Positions 7,582 to 16,694 of a DNA stretch of 64,000 nucleotides are shown here, piece after piece. How positions within the stretch are numbered: the stretch's first letter is position 1; the number at the start of each line of letters is the position of its first letter. The translations under genes were made by a program, and so were the position numbers. Under the pieces are notes generated by a model, which saw only the letters and a list, made by a program, of their open reading frames with translations, was not told where the DNA came from and did no database searches. The stretch lies in IMG/VR virus record IMGVR_UViG_3300003154_000004, positions 1-64,000 of that record; one strand, written 5' to 3'. The stretch is from a virus.

Positions 7582-8829
7582 ATGCCTAGAGGAATTGCTG
7601 ATATTCCGGAACTGAGAATTGAAACCATGGTAGCGTTTGTTACCAGGTGGATGTCCCCTCCGGAGTTGTACTTTTCCAATTTGTTCCCCACGTCCAACGC
7701 TCCTTCGAGTTCCATTAAGTGGGAGTCGCAGGAAGGGACCAGGGGGATGACTCCGTTCAAACCCGCTGGAGCCCCGTCGCCTTTGACAGCTCCGATTGGT
7801 ATTGCGCAGCATAGTGCGGAAGCTGCATTCTGGGGTGAAAAGATGTTCTTCGATGAGGAGTTTTTGAACAATCTCCGCAAAGAAGGCACGATCTCTCAGT
7901 ATCTGGCGGCTGCACAACGCATCGCCCGCGAACTGGGTGGAATTACGAACAGATCGCGGCGTAGGAAAGAGTGGCTGTATGCCAAGATGATCGTCGATGG
8001 TGGTTTTGACTATCAGATCAAACAAGGCAACAGGGCTTATGTGACCTACGGTATTCCGAGTGATCATACCGTAACGCTCGGTGTGGATGAGAAATGGTCC
8101 ACTGGGGCAAATGCAAACATTCTCGCGAACATCACGACTGGGAAGCGCTTGCTTTCCCGAAAGTGTGGTGCCCGAGTAACCCATGCCATCTGCAACTCGC
8201 AAGTTCTTCAGTATCTTGGGGAAGATGCAACGTTGCGGACGCTGCTGTCGAAAAGCACCTTTGGGGATGGTTCGTTGTTTAGCGGTGCGAAGAATTACCC
8301 CGTCGGGATCAATCCGGCTGTGATTTCTTCCTTGCTTGACATCCCCAACCTTGTCATCATCGATACGATGTATGAGGTGAGGGCATATCTGACGGCGGCT
8401 GTGACAGGTTCGAGCACTACGGCTGTTTCTGTCGAAGATGCATCGGATTTTGAAGTCGGCGGGACGCTTAAATTTGTGGATGTGTCGGAAGGTACATACG
8501 AGGAAGAAACGATCTCTGCGGTGGATGAGCAAGCAGGGACCGTAACTGTTTCCTCTGCACCGACCGCAAGTTTCAAGCCGAACGAGGACTACGTGTCGAT
8601 GGTTCGTCCCTACGTTCCTGATGACAAGTTCATCATGATGTGTGCGAATGTCGATGGGAAGCCGATTGCTGAATACTGGCAGGCACCGTTTGGTTTGGAT
8701 CGTCATTATGGTGAGAAGCCGGATCGTTGGGAGATCAAAGATCCCGATGGGATTTACATTCGAATCGAGGATAAGGGGCTGCCCGTGCTGTATCAACGGG
8801 ATGCGCTGTACATTCTCGATGTCGCATAA
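7582..8829 (+). CDS. Major capsid protein, lambda gpE-like
   Basis: 415 aa. SD AAAGGAGGTGAA. The N-terminal region (FVTRWMSPPELYFSNLFP...IKWESQEGTRGMTPF) resembles the Phage_cap_E family. The position is canonical. Confidence 0.8.
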   Translation: MPRGIADIPELRIETMVAFVTRWMSPPELYFSNLFPTSNAPSSSIKWESQEGTRGMTPFKPAGAPSPLTAPIGIAQHSAEAAFWGEKMFFDEEFLNNLRKEGTISQYLAAAQRIARELGGITNRSRRRKEWLYAKMIVDGGFDYQIKQGNRAYVTYGIPSDHTVTLGVDEKWSTGANANILANITTGKRLLSRKCGARVTHAICNSQVLQYLGEDATLRTLLSKSTFGDGSLFSGAKNYPVGINPAVISSLLDIPNLVIIDTMYEVRAYLTAAVTGSSTTAVSVEDASDFEVGGTLKFVDVSEGTYEEETISAVDEQAGTVTVSSAPTASFKPNEDYVSMVRPYVPDDKFIMMCANVDGKPIAEYWQAPFGLDRHYGEKPDRWEIKDPDGIYIRIEDKGLPVLYQRDALYILDVA

Positions 8830-8849
8830 CGGAAAGGGGGTGATCTACG

Positions 8850-9323
8850 ATGAGAGAGCTAGTTGGACCGTTTCCTGCTGCTGAATGGCGCAAGATGCTG
8901 GCGGCCAACGTGCAGCCCCCTGTTGTTGGGTCGATTTCAGGTGAGATCACCAAGAACAAGACTGGTGTTCCGATTGGTGTCGTGAGAACATCCGGGCATG
9001 TAGTTGGTGTTTGGATGTCATTGGGTGCGAGTGGTAAAGACGATGCACATACGCTATCGTTAGATACGGATGTGCGAGTCAATGGTACCTCGTGCCTCAC
9101 GACGAAGCCGAAGATTGCCCATGTAAGTGGGGAGGCTTCCCAACAGAAGACTACGAAAGTGACTGGTGACACTGGAGTTACCCAAGCTGTCGTAAACTAT
9201 TCAGCAAGTGAAGTTTCTCCTGGGGATGTTCTGACAATGGATCTTACCTTGGTGAGAACCGCCACTCCTACCACTGAGATTCAGAATGCAGTGGTTATGG
9301 TTGAAATCGAACCCACCCGTTAA
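8850..9323 (+). CDS. Hypothetical virion-module protein
   Basis: 157-aa ORF with SD AAAGGGGGTG, directly downstream of the capsid gene. Confidence 0.5.
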   Translation: MRELVGPFPAAEWRKMLAANVQPPVVGSISGEITKNKTGVPIGVVRTSGHVVGVWMSLGASGKDDAHTLSLDTDVRVNGTSCLTTKPKIAHVSGEASQQKTTKVTGDTGVTQAVVNYSASEVSPGDVLTMDLTLVRTATPTTEIQNAVVMVEIEPTR

Positions 9324-9350
9324 CTACCCTGAGGGATAGGAGATTATACA

Positions 9351-9647
9351 ATGGATATTCAAAAGGTTAGAGTTGATACAACCCTCTTTGCAGGTGGAAC
9401 TCTTTGGAAGCAGGGGAGGATTTGGGATGCTGCGATTGATGGCCCAGTCCCCCCTGCTCTTATTGCTGAAGTGCGTGCGCAGACGGGGACTGTGACGGTA
9501 CTTGTGCCTCAACAATCCCCCACTCCCATTCTTCATAAGAAGGCATCAGACCTCGTGCATTCAAAGATGGTGTATAAGGAGCCTCGCAAGCCCGACCCCA
9601 GTTTAGCATCCCCATCGAAATCGAAACTCTTGAAGAGGAGTAAGTAA
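9351..9647 (+). CDS. Hypothetical protein
   Basis: 98-aa ORF with SD TAGGAGA, in the head-tail joining region. Confidence 0.45.
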   Translation: MDIQKVRVDTTLFAGGTLWKQGRIWDAAIDGPVPPALIAEVRAQTGTVTVLVPQQSPTPILHKKASDLVHSKMVYKEPRKPDPSLASPSKSKLLKRSK

Positions 9648-9649
9648 CG

Positions 9650-10102
9650 ATGACAAAGGATGAATTGACTGCTCTTATTACGGCTGAGATTAAGGGGCTT
9701 TCGAGCTACATCGTCGCTGTGGATTATTCGAATGCGTGTGATGATGCGGCAAGGGAAACAGGGTGGTCACTTCCTGTGACTGGGGATTTCAAGATCAAAT
9801 GGATGAAAGAGAGGGCGAAGCGTGCCCTTTTCTTTTATCTCCTTTCTGAAACTGCTTATAAATTCCAATTCAAACAGATCCATCTTGAGCATCGTTTCAA
9901 GCATTTGAAGGAACTGATTGACAAGATGGATGCCGACTTTCTTGCCGCGCAAGAATCGAATCCTGAAGAGTTTGCTGCTGTAGATAGTTGGAATCTCTTT
10001 GGGACAAAGATCGATGCGGGATTCGCCTATGATCAGATAGGTCAAGATCTGACCTATGAAGATGAAAACATTGTCGTTCATGAACCGAACGAGAATAGTT
10101 AA
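9650..10102 (+). CDS. Candidate head-tail connector/adaptor
   Basis: 150 aa with SD GAGGAG. The call rests on position and size only. Confidence 0.3.
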   Translation: MTKDELTALITAEIKGLSSYIVAVDYSNACDDAARETGWSLPVTGDFKIKWMKERAKRALFFYLLSETAYKFQFKQIHLEHRFKHLKELIDKMDADFLAAQESNPEEFAAVDSWNLFGTKIDAGFAYDQIGQDLTYEDENIVVHEPNENS

Positions 10103-10108
10103 AGAGCG

Positions 10109-10723
10109 ATGGGAATTGGCGACGATATTAAGGAAGTCATTGCTGAGGTAGGTACGGCTTTTACCATTGTGCGAGACAGTGGGGAAATTACCGGCGAATA
10201 CCTATCCTTTGAGATGAACAGTCAAGTTACGAAGCCGTTCATTCGGGAATACTTCCTTGAAGCCCTCTTTGCGTATGATTCTGCGGTGCGTGGTGGGGAT
10301 GTCATCCGTTTTGATGATAATCGCAAATTCCTTGTTATGAATGCCACTCCTGATCACTTCGAAAATGCTGCAATCGATAAGGAAGTGGTGTTGTACAAGT
10401 GTAATGTGTCGGGGGAATTGCGGCGCCCTGTCGAAAATCGAGTCTCGTTAAGTTATCGCGATCGTACTACATGGTCAACCGTACGGGCACAAACGTATGG
10501 GTTGATTGCTGAGAAACTCTTCGGTACTGACCTAATGCAGGATGAGCCCATAGGTCAGATCCCAATCGTAGGGCTTTTTCTCTATGTCCCGAGTAGATAT
10601 GGAGTTCGCCCTCTCGATCGTTACCATGCAAAGAGTGGGGAATACTATAAGATTGAGACGGTAAAGTCCCGTGACTTTGATGGTGTTGATACGTGTAGTC
10701 TCGTGGAAGACACGAGGGAATAA
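10109..10723 (+). CDS. Hypothetical protein (head-tail joining region)
   Basis: 204-aa ORF, tightly packed with its neighbours. Confidence 0.45.
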   Translation: MGIGDDIKEVIAEVGTAFTIVRDSGEITGEYLSFEMNSQVTKPFIREYFLEALFAYDSAVRGGDVIRFDDNRKFLVMNATPDHFENAAIDKEVVLYKCNVSGELRRPVENRVSLSYRDRTTWSTVRAQTYGLIAEKLFGTDLMQDEPIGQIPIVGLFLYVPSRYGVRPLDRYHAKSGEYYKIETVKSRDFDGVDTCSLVEDTRE

Positions 10724-10756
10724 ACAACCCATATAGAAGGCAGAGGAGAGTATGCA

Positions 10757-12847
10757 ATGGCTGATAAAGCCAAAGTCCTTTTTATAGGCAATCATCCTTT
10801 TTCTGCAACTGGGAATGGGAACATGATGCGCGCCATTCTGTCGCAAATTGATGTTTCCACTTTTGATTGTACGTGCTACGCTTCAGCGTGGCCCTCCCCT
10901 TGGGAGTACAATCCATTCACTCAGTTGCCTCTTCCAATAATTCCCGCCCGTGATCGTGCTGATGATTATGGCAAGCAGCAGTTGAAAAATCTGTTGAGTA
11001 CACTGAAGGTAGATATTCTGGTATTCATCGGATTGGATATTTGGGCGTATGCCCCGATCTTCAATTTCTTACCTGAACTGAAGAAACGCCATCCTCATCT
11101 GAAGACTGTCGGGCTGTTTCCGTACGATAGCTGGGAGGTACGGCAGGATTGGGTAAGTTGGTTTAACTGCATTGACTACCCCCTCGTTTACTCCGAGTAT
11201 GGGTACAATATGCTTCATGAGTATGTTCCACGACTGAACTACTTTCGCCCCCCTCTGTTTGGGATGGATCTATTTCATCCTTACGAGAAGAAGAAACGGG
11301 AGAAGGTACGGGATGATCTCTTCCCTTCTTTGCCAGAGGACTCGTTCATTTTTGGATTTATTGGAAAGAATCAAGTTCGGAAAGACCCACAGACCGTCTT
11401 GAAAGCCTTCTCTCTCCTCTGTAATGAGTTCAAGCGCAAGAACGCATATATCTATGTGCAGACGGATAATTACGGGTTGTACAATCTAAAGGCGTATATG
11501 GGGGATATATTGATTCCCCAAGGTCGTGTGTTTGGGAATCTTACGAACTCCGCATTCCCTCTCGAAAAGATAATCGACCTGTACAACTCCTTCGATTGCC
11601 TTGTGAATGCATCGATGCAGGAGGGGTTATCGTGGACATTGTTGGAAGCGATGCGTTGTGGGGTTCCTGTCATTGCCTCCGAAACCACTGCGCAAATCGA
11701 GCTTCTTCAGCAGTCGAATATCTCGGTTTCTTGTAATCGGGATACGTTGATGCCAACAATCACAGCGGCAGGGGAGAGTTGGATTGATTCGAAAGGGGTT
11801 AAGGCGAACGATCTTGCGTACATGATGAATTTCGTTTTGACACAGGAGGAGGATCGACGGAAAGAGATTGCAGCGAATTACAAGTTTGTGGATGAGTGGT
11901 TGGCAGGGTGTCATAATATGGATCTTTTTCTGAAGGATGTTTTGAAGGATATCGATGAGGAAAGGCTCATCGCACCTCCAGAAATTCACTCCCCGTCAAA
12001 GAGTATCATTAAAGGGCTTGCACGGAAAGAGGGCATTTTGTTTGTGCAGCATAGTTCGGCAGGGGATGTGTTGATGACAACGAGGTGTTTTAAGGGGATT
12101 AAGGAGAAGTCCCCTTCGAAACCACTCATTTATATGACACAGCCCCAGTATCAGGATATCGTTAAAGGGAATCCTTACATCGACGAGATCATTGATTACG
12201 ATGCGGTGAAGATTCGGGAGTATGAGATTGTGTACAATCCCCACGGGGAGCGCATTTTACATGGCGGCTTCAATAATCTTGACGTGAAACTCGCCGACAT
12301 GTACCCCTATTTCTGCAAAGTCGATCCTGACCTATTTTTCATCGATGAAGTCAATCCTGAGATTGAAATTCCAAAGCCGTACATTGTGGTTCACACGACA
12401 GGCGGGCATGAGTACAGGATGTACAAGCATATGGATATTGCGTTGAAATCTCTCAGGAAGGACTACACACTGGTTCAGATTGGGGGAATGGATGATAAGA
12501 CGCTGAAAGGAGCACAGTTCGATTTGAGGGGGAAGCTTACATTCAGGCAGAGTGCGTGGGTTATGAAGAGGGCGAAAGCCGCAGTTGTGATTGATAGTTT
12601 CCCGTCCCATCTTGCTGCTGCCACGTTGACACCTGCTGTAGTTCTCTTCGGTCCTGCCCCCGCCCGAGTTGTTGGTCCTGCCGTGAAAACGTCTTACGAT
12701 GTTTGGCTCGAACCGAATAAACTCGATGTATGCCCAAGTCTGACAAACTGCTGGGGAGCAATAGGTTGTGAGGCCCCATGCATCAACACAATTTCGCCAC
12801 TTGTCGTGAGGCAGAAGCTGGTGGGAATACTGGAGAGACTACAATGA
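10757..12847 (+). CDS. Bifunctional glycosyltransferase: N-terminal GT-B (GT4-like) domain and C-terminal GT9 heptosyltransferase-like domain
   Basis: GT4-type motif EGLSWTLLEAMRCGVPVIASE. C-terminal GT9-type features: ILFVQHSSAGDVLMTT...IVVHTTGG...LVQIGG...LRGKLTFRQSAWVMKRAKAAVVIDSFPSHLAAA. Confidence 0.7.
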   Translation: MADKAKVLFIGNHPFSATGNGNMMRAILSQIDVSTFDCTCYASAWPSPWEYNPFTQLPLPIIPARDRADDYGKQQLKNLLSTLKVDILVFIGLDIWAYAPIFNFLPELKKRHPHLKTVGLFPYDSWEVRQDWVSWFNCIDYPLVYSEYGYNMLHEYVPRLNYFRPPLFGMDLFHPYEKKKREKVRDDLFPSLPEDSFIFGFIGKNQVRKDPQTVLKAFSLLCNEFKRKNAYIYVQTDNYGLYNLKAYMGDILIPQGRVFGNLTNSAFPLEKIIDLYNSFDCLVNASMQEGLSWTLLEAMRCGVPVIASETTAQIELLQQSNISVSCNRDTLMPTITAAGESWIDSKGVKANDLAYMMNFVLTQEEDRRKEIAANYKFVDEWLAGCHNMDLFLKDVLKDIDEERLIAPPEIHSPSKSIIKGLARKEGILFVQHSSAGDVLMTTRCFKGIKEKSPSKPLIYMTQPQYQDIVKGNPYIDEIIDYDAVKIREYEIVYNPHGERILHGGFNNLDVKLADMYPYFCKVDPDLFFIDEVNPEIEIPKPYIVVHTTGGHEYRMYKHMDIALKSLRKDYTLVQIGGMDDKTLKGAQFDLRGKLTFRQSAWVMKRAKAAVVIDSFPSHLAAATLTPAVVLFGPAPARVVGPAVKTSYDVWLEPNKLDVCPSLTNCWGAIGCEAPCINTISPLVVRQKLVGILERLQ

Positions 12848-13575
12848 TATTGCTCATGCAGGCATTGAATGAGGAAGGGTATGTAGAAAGGTTGATGCCA
12901 GAATTGGTGGCTCTTGATCTTTTCGATCGTATTATCGTGATTGATGGTGGGTCAGGGGATCTGACCGTGCAGGCATTGAAGGAAACAACAAAAGGGAAAG
13001 CTGAAGTCTACGTTCACCCTTGGCTCGATTGGTATCACGATATGAATGTGATGCAGAGAAACGTAGGGCTTTCGTACATTCCGCATGGTGAGACCGCGTT
13101 CATTCTCGACTTTGACGAACGATTGAGCGAGGCACTCGAAGCGGAGTTACAGACGATAAGAGAAAAGGGAACGGATGGGGTTGACGTTCTGAACTTCCCT
13201 CGAAGGACGTTTGAGGTGTTACGATGGGAAGATTCCCCTTTTGCAATGCTTGAGTCAGACGGGTTCCCTGTTGAAAGTAATTTTACAGGGCAATACCCCG
13301 ATTACCAAGCACGTCTTGTTGTTCGTCACCCTGAGCTTCATTTTGTCAACAGTCCTCACCATCGCATAATTGGATCGAAGAATGAGGGGTTTGCAGAAGA
13401 AGGTAAGGACATTCTGCATTACGAGAAGGATGACGCACGGGAGAGGCTCAGAATTGAGAAGAAGTGGTTACGAGCACAGGCGAGAAGGAAAGAACTAGGT
13501 CTCGCTCCTGATGTCTTCGAAACCCGAGTGAAACCTGAGATTGCAAAGTATGCTGACCCCAAAACATGGAGATAG
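12844..13575 (+). CDS. GT2-family-like glycosyltransferase
   Basis: The ATG overlaps the upstream stop codon (ATGA). Motifs IIVIDGGSGDLT and DFDERL (DxD-like). Confidence 0.55.
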   Translation: MILLMQALNEEGYVERLMPELVALDLFDRIIVIDGGSGDLTVQALKETTKGKAEVYVHPWLDWYHDMNVMQRNVGLSYIPHGETAFILDFDERLSEALEAELQTIREKGTDGVDVLNFPRRTFEVLRWEDSPFAMLESDGFPVESNFTGQYPDYQARLVVRHPELHFVNSPHHRIIGSKNEGFAEEGKDILHYEKDDARERLRIEKKWLRAQARRKELGLAPDVFETRVKPEIAKYADPKTWR

Positions 13576-13584
13576 TCCAATAAA

Positions 13585-14133
13585 ATGAATTTCATTCAGA
13601 AATTATCCGAACGCTTTGGTCCGAAAGAGATTGCTTACTTCTCCGCTCTCAATCCTATCATTACGAAGTCAGGGGGAGGGGATGGAGAGGCGGTCATTCG
13701 CAAGTTCATCACCCGTACACATCCATCATGTGTTCTTGAAATAGGTACGTTTAATGGGGTCACAACGGCGTTGCTTGCAACGATGGTTGAGAAGGTAATT
13801 ACAATCGATATTCGATTTCAGCAGATTCAGGTACAAGTGTGGGATTATATGGGGGTGAAGAGTAAGATTCAAGCGTATTTGATTACAAATGAAAAGGAAA
13901 AAGAGGCGTTGATAAGGACGCTGGATTTTGATTTTGCTTTTGTAGATGGTGCCCATCATTCCCCATACCCCACACTTGATTTTGGATATGTGAAACGCTG
14001 CGGTCGTGTGTTGTTTCACGATTACAACCCTAATTGCAGCCCTGGCTTTCTCGGTGTGAAAGAGATAGTAGAGAGTCTTGATCATGTTGAGGTAGATGGG
14101 ATATTTGCATACTGGGAGGAGAAAAATGGTTGA
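13585..14133 (+). CDS. Class I SAM-dependent methyltransferase (Methyltransf_24 / O-MT family 3-like)
   Basis: Motifs VLEIGTFNGVTT, FDFAFVDGAHH and RVLFHDY. Confidence 0.55.
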   Translation: MNFIQKLSERFGPKEIAYFSALNPIITKSGGGDGEAVIRKFITRTHPSCVLEIGTFNGVTTALLATMVEKVITIDIRFQQIQVQVWDYMGVKSKIQAYLITNEKEKEALIRTLDFDFAFVDGAHHSPYPTLDFGYVKRCGRVLFHDYNPNCSPGFLGVKEIVESLDHVEVDGIFAYWEEKNG

Positions 14134-15361
14134 TCTGCGAAAACCTGATCCCTCACGATTTGGGGGATGGAGTATTGACGAAGCAGAATGGGAATGGCTG
14201 AAGGGATTCTGTTGGACACACAACATCAAATCAGTAGTGGAGTTTGGTGCAGGGACGTCAACATTGCTGTTCTCCCAGATTGTTCCGACCCTTGTTTCGT
14301 ATGAGAGTGATACTAATCGTATCCCTTTCTATAAAGACATATCCGAAGTGTTGCCCTATAAAGGGCATGATATAAGAATACCTCTTCAGGAAATTGACGG
14401 GGGGAAATTGCGCACGTTCGATCTGGCGTTTGTTGATGGCCCCCCTGCAATGGGTGTCCCTTCAGATGGTTATGCTCGAATGGGCACGATGATTGCAGCG
14501 AAGCGTTGTGCAAATATTGTGATTGTGCATGATTCGAAGAGGGGTGGGGAAACGAACAGCATTGAGGTTTTGTTTAAGGGGTGGAAGAGGGAACAATGCT
14601 CGTCTTCGCAAAGGGGGATGACGGTATTGTACAAACCACAAGTTCCTGACAACATTTTGCTCACATCCGTTGTGACAGATAATTACGTCGAACTGCTTGA
14701 GACGTTCATGTACAGTGTCGTTCGAAATGGAGAGATAGGGACTCCCCCTTGGAAGATTATCTACAGTGAGGACAGATTGACGGTAGAGAACAGGATGAAG
14801 TTGTCAAATGCCTACCCCTTCCTCTTTCTCCATCGTATCGATAAAGGGTTATACGAGAAGTATGAAAAAGGGTTGCCCCGTTTTTGGTCATTCGATGCAT
14901 TTTTGGAAGTTGGTACAGGGCAGAAGGTCATATTTCTTGATGCAGATCTTTTGTGTTTGCGTAGTATGGCCCCGATTCTGAATTACTCAGAAGGATTATT
15001 GGGGATGGTGAGTGAACAGCATCGCCCCAGCTACAATGCAGGGGTGATGGTAATTGATCCTGAATTGCAAGATCCTCAAGTGTACGAAGAGCTTCTTGCC
15101 ACCCCAATTGATCCTACTCGTTTTGGTACTGACCAGCAAATCTATAATCGGTACTTTGCAGGGTCAATCTCCGCAATGTCCCAATCGTACAATACTCTTG
15201 CAACGGAAGTACCGAAGACTGTTTGGGGAGTTCCCGATATATCCAATGTGATACTCCTGCATTATATTCACAAGCCGAATCACCCTGAGTTTAAACATCG
15301 CTTGCGCCCGGAACTGATTGGTTTGTGGTCATCGGAGAGAATGAAAAATGGGAAATGCTGA
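14126..15361 (+). CDS. Fusion of a methyltransferase-like N-terminal domain with a GT8-like glycosyltransferase
   Basis: SD GGGAGGAG. N-terminal motifs VVEFGAGTSTLL, FDLAFVDGPP, IVIVHDSKR. C-terminal GT8-type motifs SVVTDNYVELL, VIFLDADLLCL (DxD), YNAGVMVID. Confidence 0.6.
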   Translation: MVDLRKPDPSRFGGWSIDEAEWEWLKGFCWTHNIKSVVEFGAGTSTLLFSQIVPTLVSYESDTNRIPFYKDISEVLPYKGHDIRIPLQEIDGGKLRTFDLAFVDGPPAMGVPSDGYARMGTMIAAKRCANIVIVHDSKRGGETNSIEVLFKGWKREQCSSSQRGMTVLYKPQVPDNILLTSVVTDNYVELLETFMYSVVRNGEIGTPPWKIIYSEDRLTVENRMKLSNAYPFLFLHRIDKGLYEKYEKGLPRFWSFDAFLEVGTGQKVIFLDADLLCLRSMAPILNYSEGLLGMVSEQHRPSYNAGVMVIDPELQDPQVYEELLATPIDPTRFGTDQQIYNRYFAGSISAMSQSYNTLATEVPKTVWGVPDISNVILLHYIHKPNHPEFKHRLRPELIGLWSSERMKNGKC

Positions 15362-15716
15362 ATGGGGATCTAATGCGTATGTTCTGAATCGTCCGTTGTT
15401 TGAGAACATTCGGCTCGAGGAGTCGAAAGAGGACACATTCCATTTCCATTGGAAGGATATGCGAATTGAAATGGTAAGACCTGCATTTTACATTCTTTAC
15501 CGTTCAATGCGGGCTGCATACTCGAACATTCATTCGAAGTCAACGGAAGACAATCCACTTATTATTTCTTTACCAATTGCGAATCCTGTTGATGAGAGCC
15601 TAGTGAAGGTGGAGCGAATTGCGGGGGGAAATTTGCATTTGCACTATCGGGATTTGCGACTGGAGTTAACACGAGAGGATTTGCTGAAGTTGAAGGCTGC
15701 ATTGGAGGAGTTGTAA
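15348..15716 (+). CDS. Hypothetical protein with an internal duplication (FHFHWKDMRIEM / LHLHYRDLRLEL)
   Basis: 122-aa ORF with SD GGAGAGAA; overlaps the upstream gene by 14 nt. Confidence 0.45.
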   Translation: MGNAEWGSNAYVLNRPLFENIRLEESKEDTFHFHWKDMRIEMVRPAFYILYRSMRAAYSNIHSKSTEDNPLIISLPIANPVDESLVKVERIAGGNLHLHYRDLRLELTREDLLKLKAALEEL

Positions 15717-15717
15717 G

Positions 15718-16107
15718 ATGGAGTTATTCGTTCCAGAATATGGTTGGTTCCCCATTGTTGAGATCCCTATTGCTTTGACCGAAATCAACCCATATGATGA
15801 TCATCACCCACCATTTAAGGAGATGTGGGATCAGGATGATTATGATTACCATCTGAAAGGGATCACACTAGTTGCACAAGCAATATGGAAAGGGAGGGTG
15901 ATCAGACCGATTGCTATCCGCGAACGAGTAAAGGATTATTTTAATATGGGATCGGCGTATGAGAGACTTGATGGGTATAAGCGGTACATGGCTCATTACT
16001 TTCATCCCCATCAAGTCGTGATTGCATGCGTTATTATGCCTGCACATGCACTGACAGATTGCCAGAACGGGCAATCGTTTGTTGTTCAAAATGGAGATGT
16101 ACGATGA
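15718..16107 (+). CDS. Hypothetical protein, possible ParB/sulfiredoxin-like N-terminal domain
   Basis: SD GGAGGAG. The segment RVIRPIAIRE...YERLDGYKRYMAH resembles the ParB-N-like core. Resemblance is weak. Confidence 0.3.
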   Translation: MELFVPEYGWFPIVEIPIALTEINPYDDHHPPFKEMWDQDDYDYHLKGITLVAQAIWKGRVIRPIAIRERVKDYFNMGSAYERLDGYKRYMAHYFHPHQVVIACVIMPAHALTDCQNGQSFVVQNGDVR

Positions 16108-16649
16108 CAACTGTTCAAGATGTAACTACGAGAATACGCCCTGAGTATGAGTTCAATCTACAACACGTGGAGAAGTTTTTGCGGGGGGAAGGTCTTGATA
16201 TGGGGTGTGGTAATTGCCCTCTTCTCCGTCCTAACTGTCTCCATTTAGACATATCCCCTCAGCCGCTTGCGGTAGAACAGGTAGGGGAGGAGAACTTTGT
16301 GCGGTGTGATTGTACGAAGTATCGTCACCCGCACAAGGTGGATTATATTTTCTCTTCTCACATGGTTGAAGATTTACCCGACGAGTGGGCCATGATCGTT
16401 TGTATCAACGAATGGGGGGAGATGTTAAAAGGGGGAGGGCATATTGTATTGCTGCTCCCTGATATGCAAGGGGGGAGGTACCCTACAGTTGCAGAAGGGG
16501 GAAACCCCTCACATCGAATCGATGTGGGTAGAGAGTTTGTCGAGGGGTATGGGGACTTTCTTGTTGATCTGGAGTTGGTACAGATCGATACGATTGCGCA
16601 CGAAAAAAGCTGTACCTTTGATGTTGTCTATAGAAAGATGTGTGTGTGA
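16104..16649 (+). CDS. Class I SAM-dependent methyltransferase
   Basis: ATGA overlap with the upstream stop codon. Motif I GLDMGCGNCP. No DPPY/NPPY DNA amino-methyltransferase motif was seen. Confidence 0.55.
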   Translation: MTTVQDVTTRIRPEYEFNLQHVEKFLRGEGLDMGCGNCPLLRPNCLHLDISPQPLAVEQVGEENFVRCDCTKYRHPHKVDYIFSSHMVEDLPDEWAMIVCINEWGEMLKGGGHIVLLLPDMQGGRYPTVAEGGNPSHRIDVGREFVEGYGDFLVDLELVQIDTIAHEKSCTFDVVYRKMCV

Positions 16650-16694
16650 TGTTGGTATGCGAAAATAGAGCGCAAAGCGTGCGAAATTCCATGC
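16648..16694 (+). repeat. Copy 1 of a 47-nt conserved element (41/47 identical to 37654-37700)
   Basis: Sequence GATGTTGGTATGCGAAAATAGAGCGCAAAGCGTGCGAAATTCCATGC. It starts at the TGATG junction with the methyltransferase stop codon. Confidence 0.85.

Noticed and set aside
7504-8796. 430-aa minus-strand ORF, plus 7281-7889 on the minus strand
   Set aside because: It is antisense to the major capsid gene, which has family-level motifs and a strong SD. The antisense product is Arg/Cys/His-rich with no motifs and is a typical shadow ORF.
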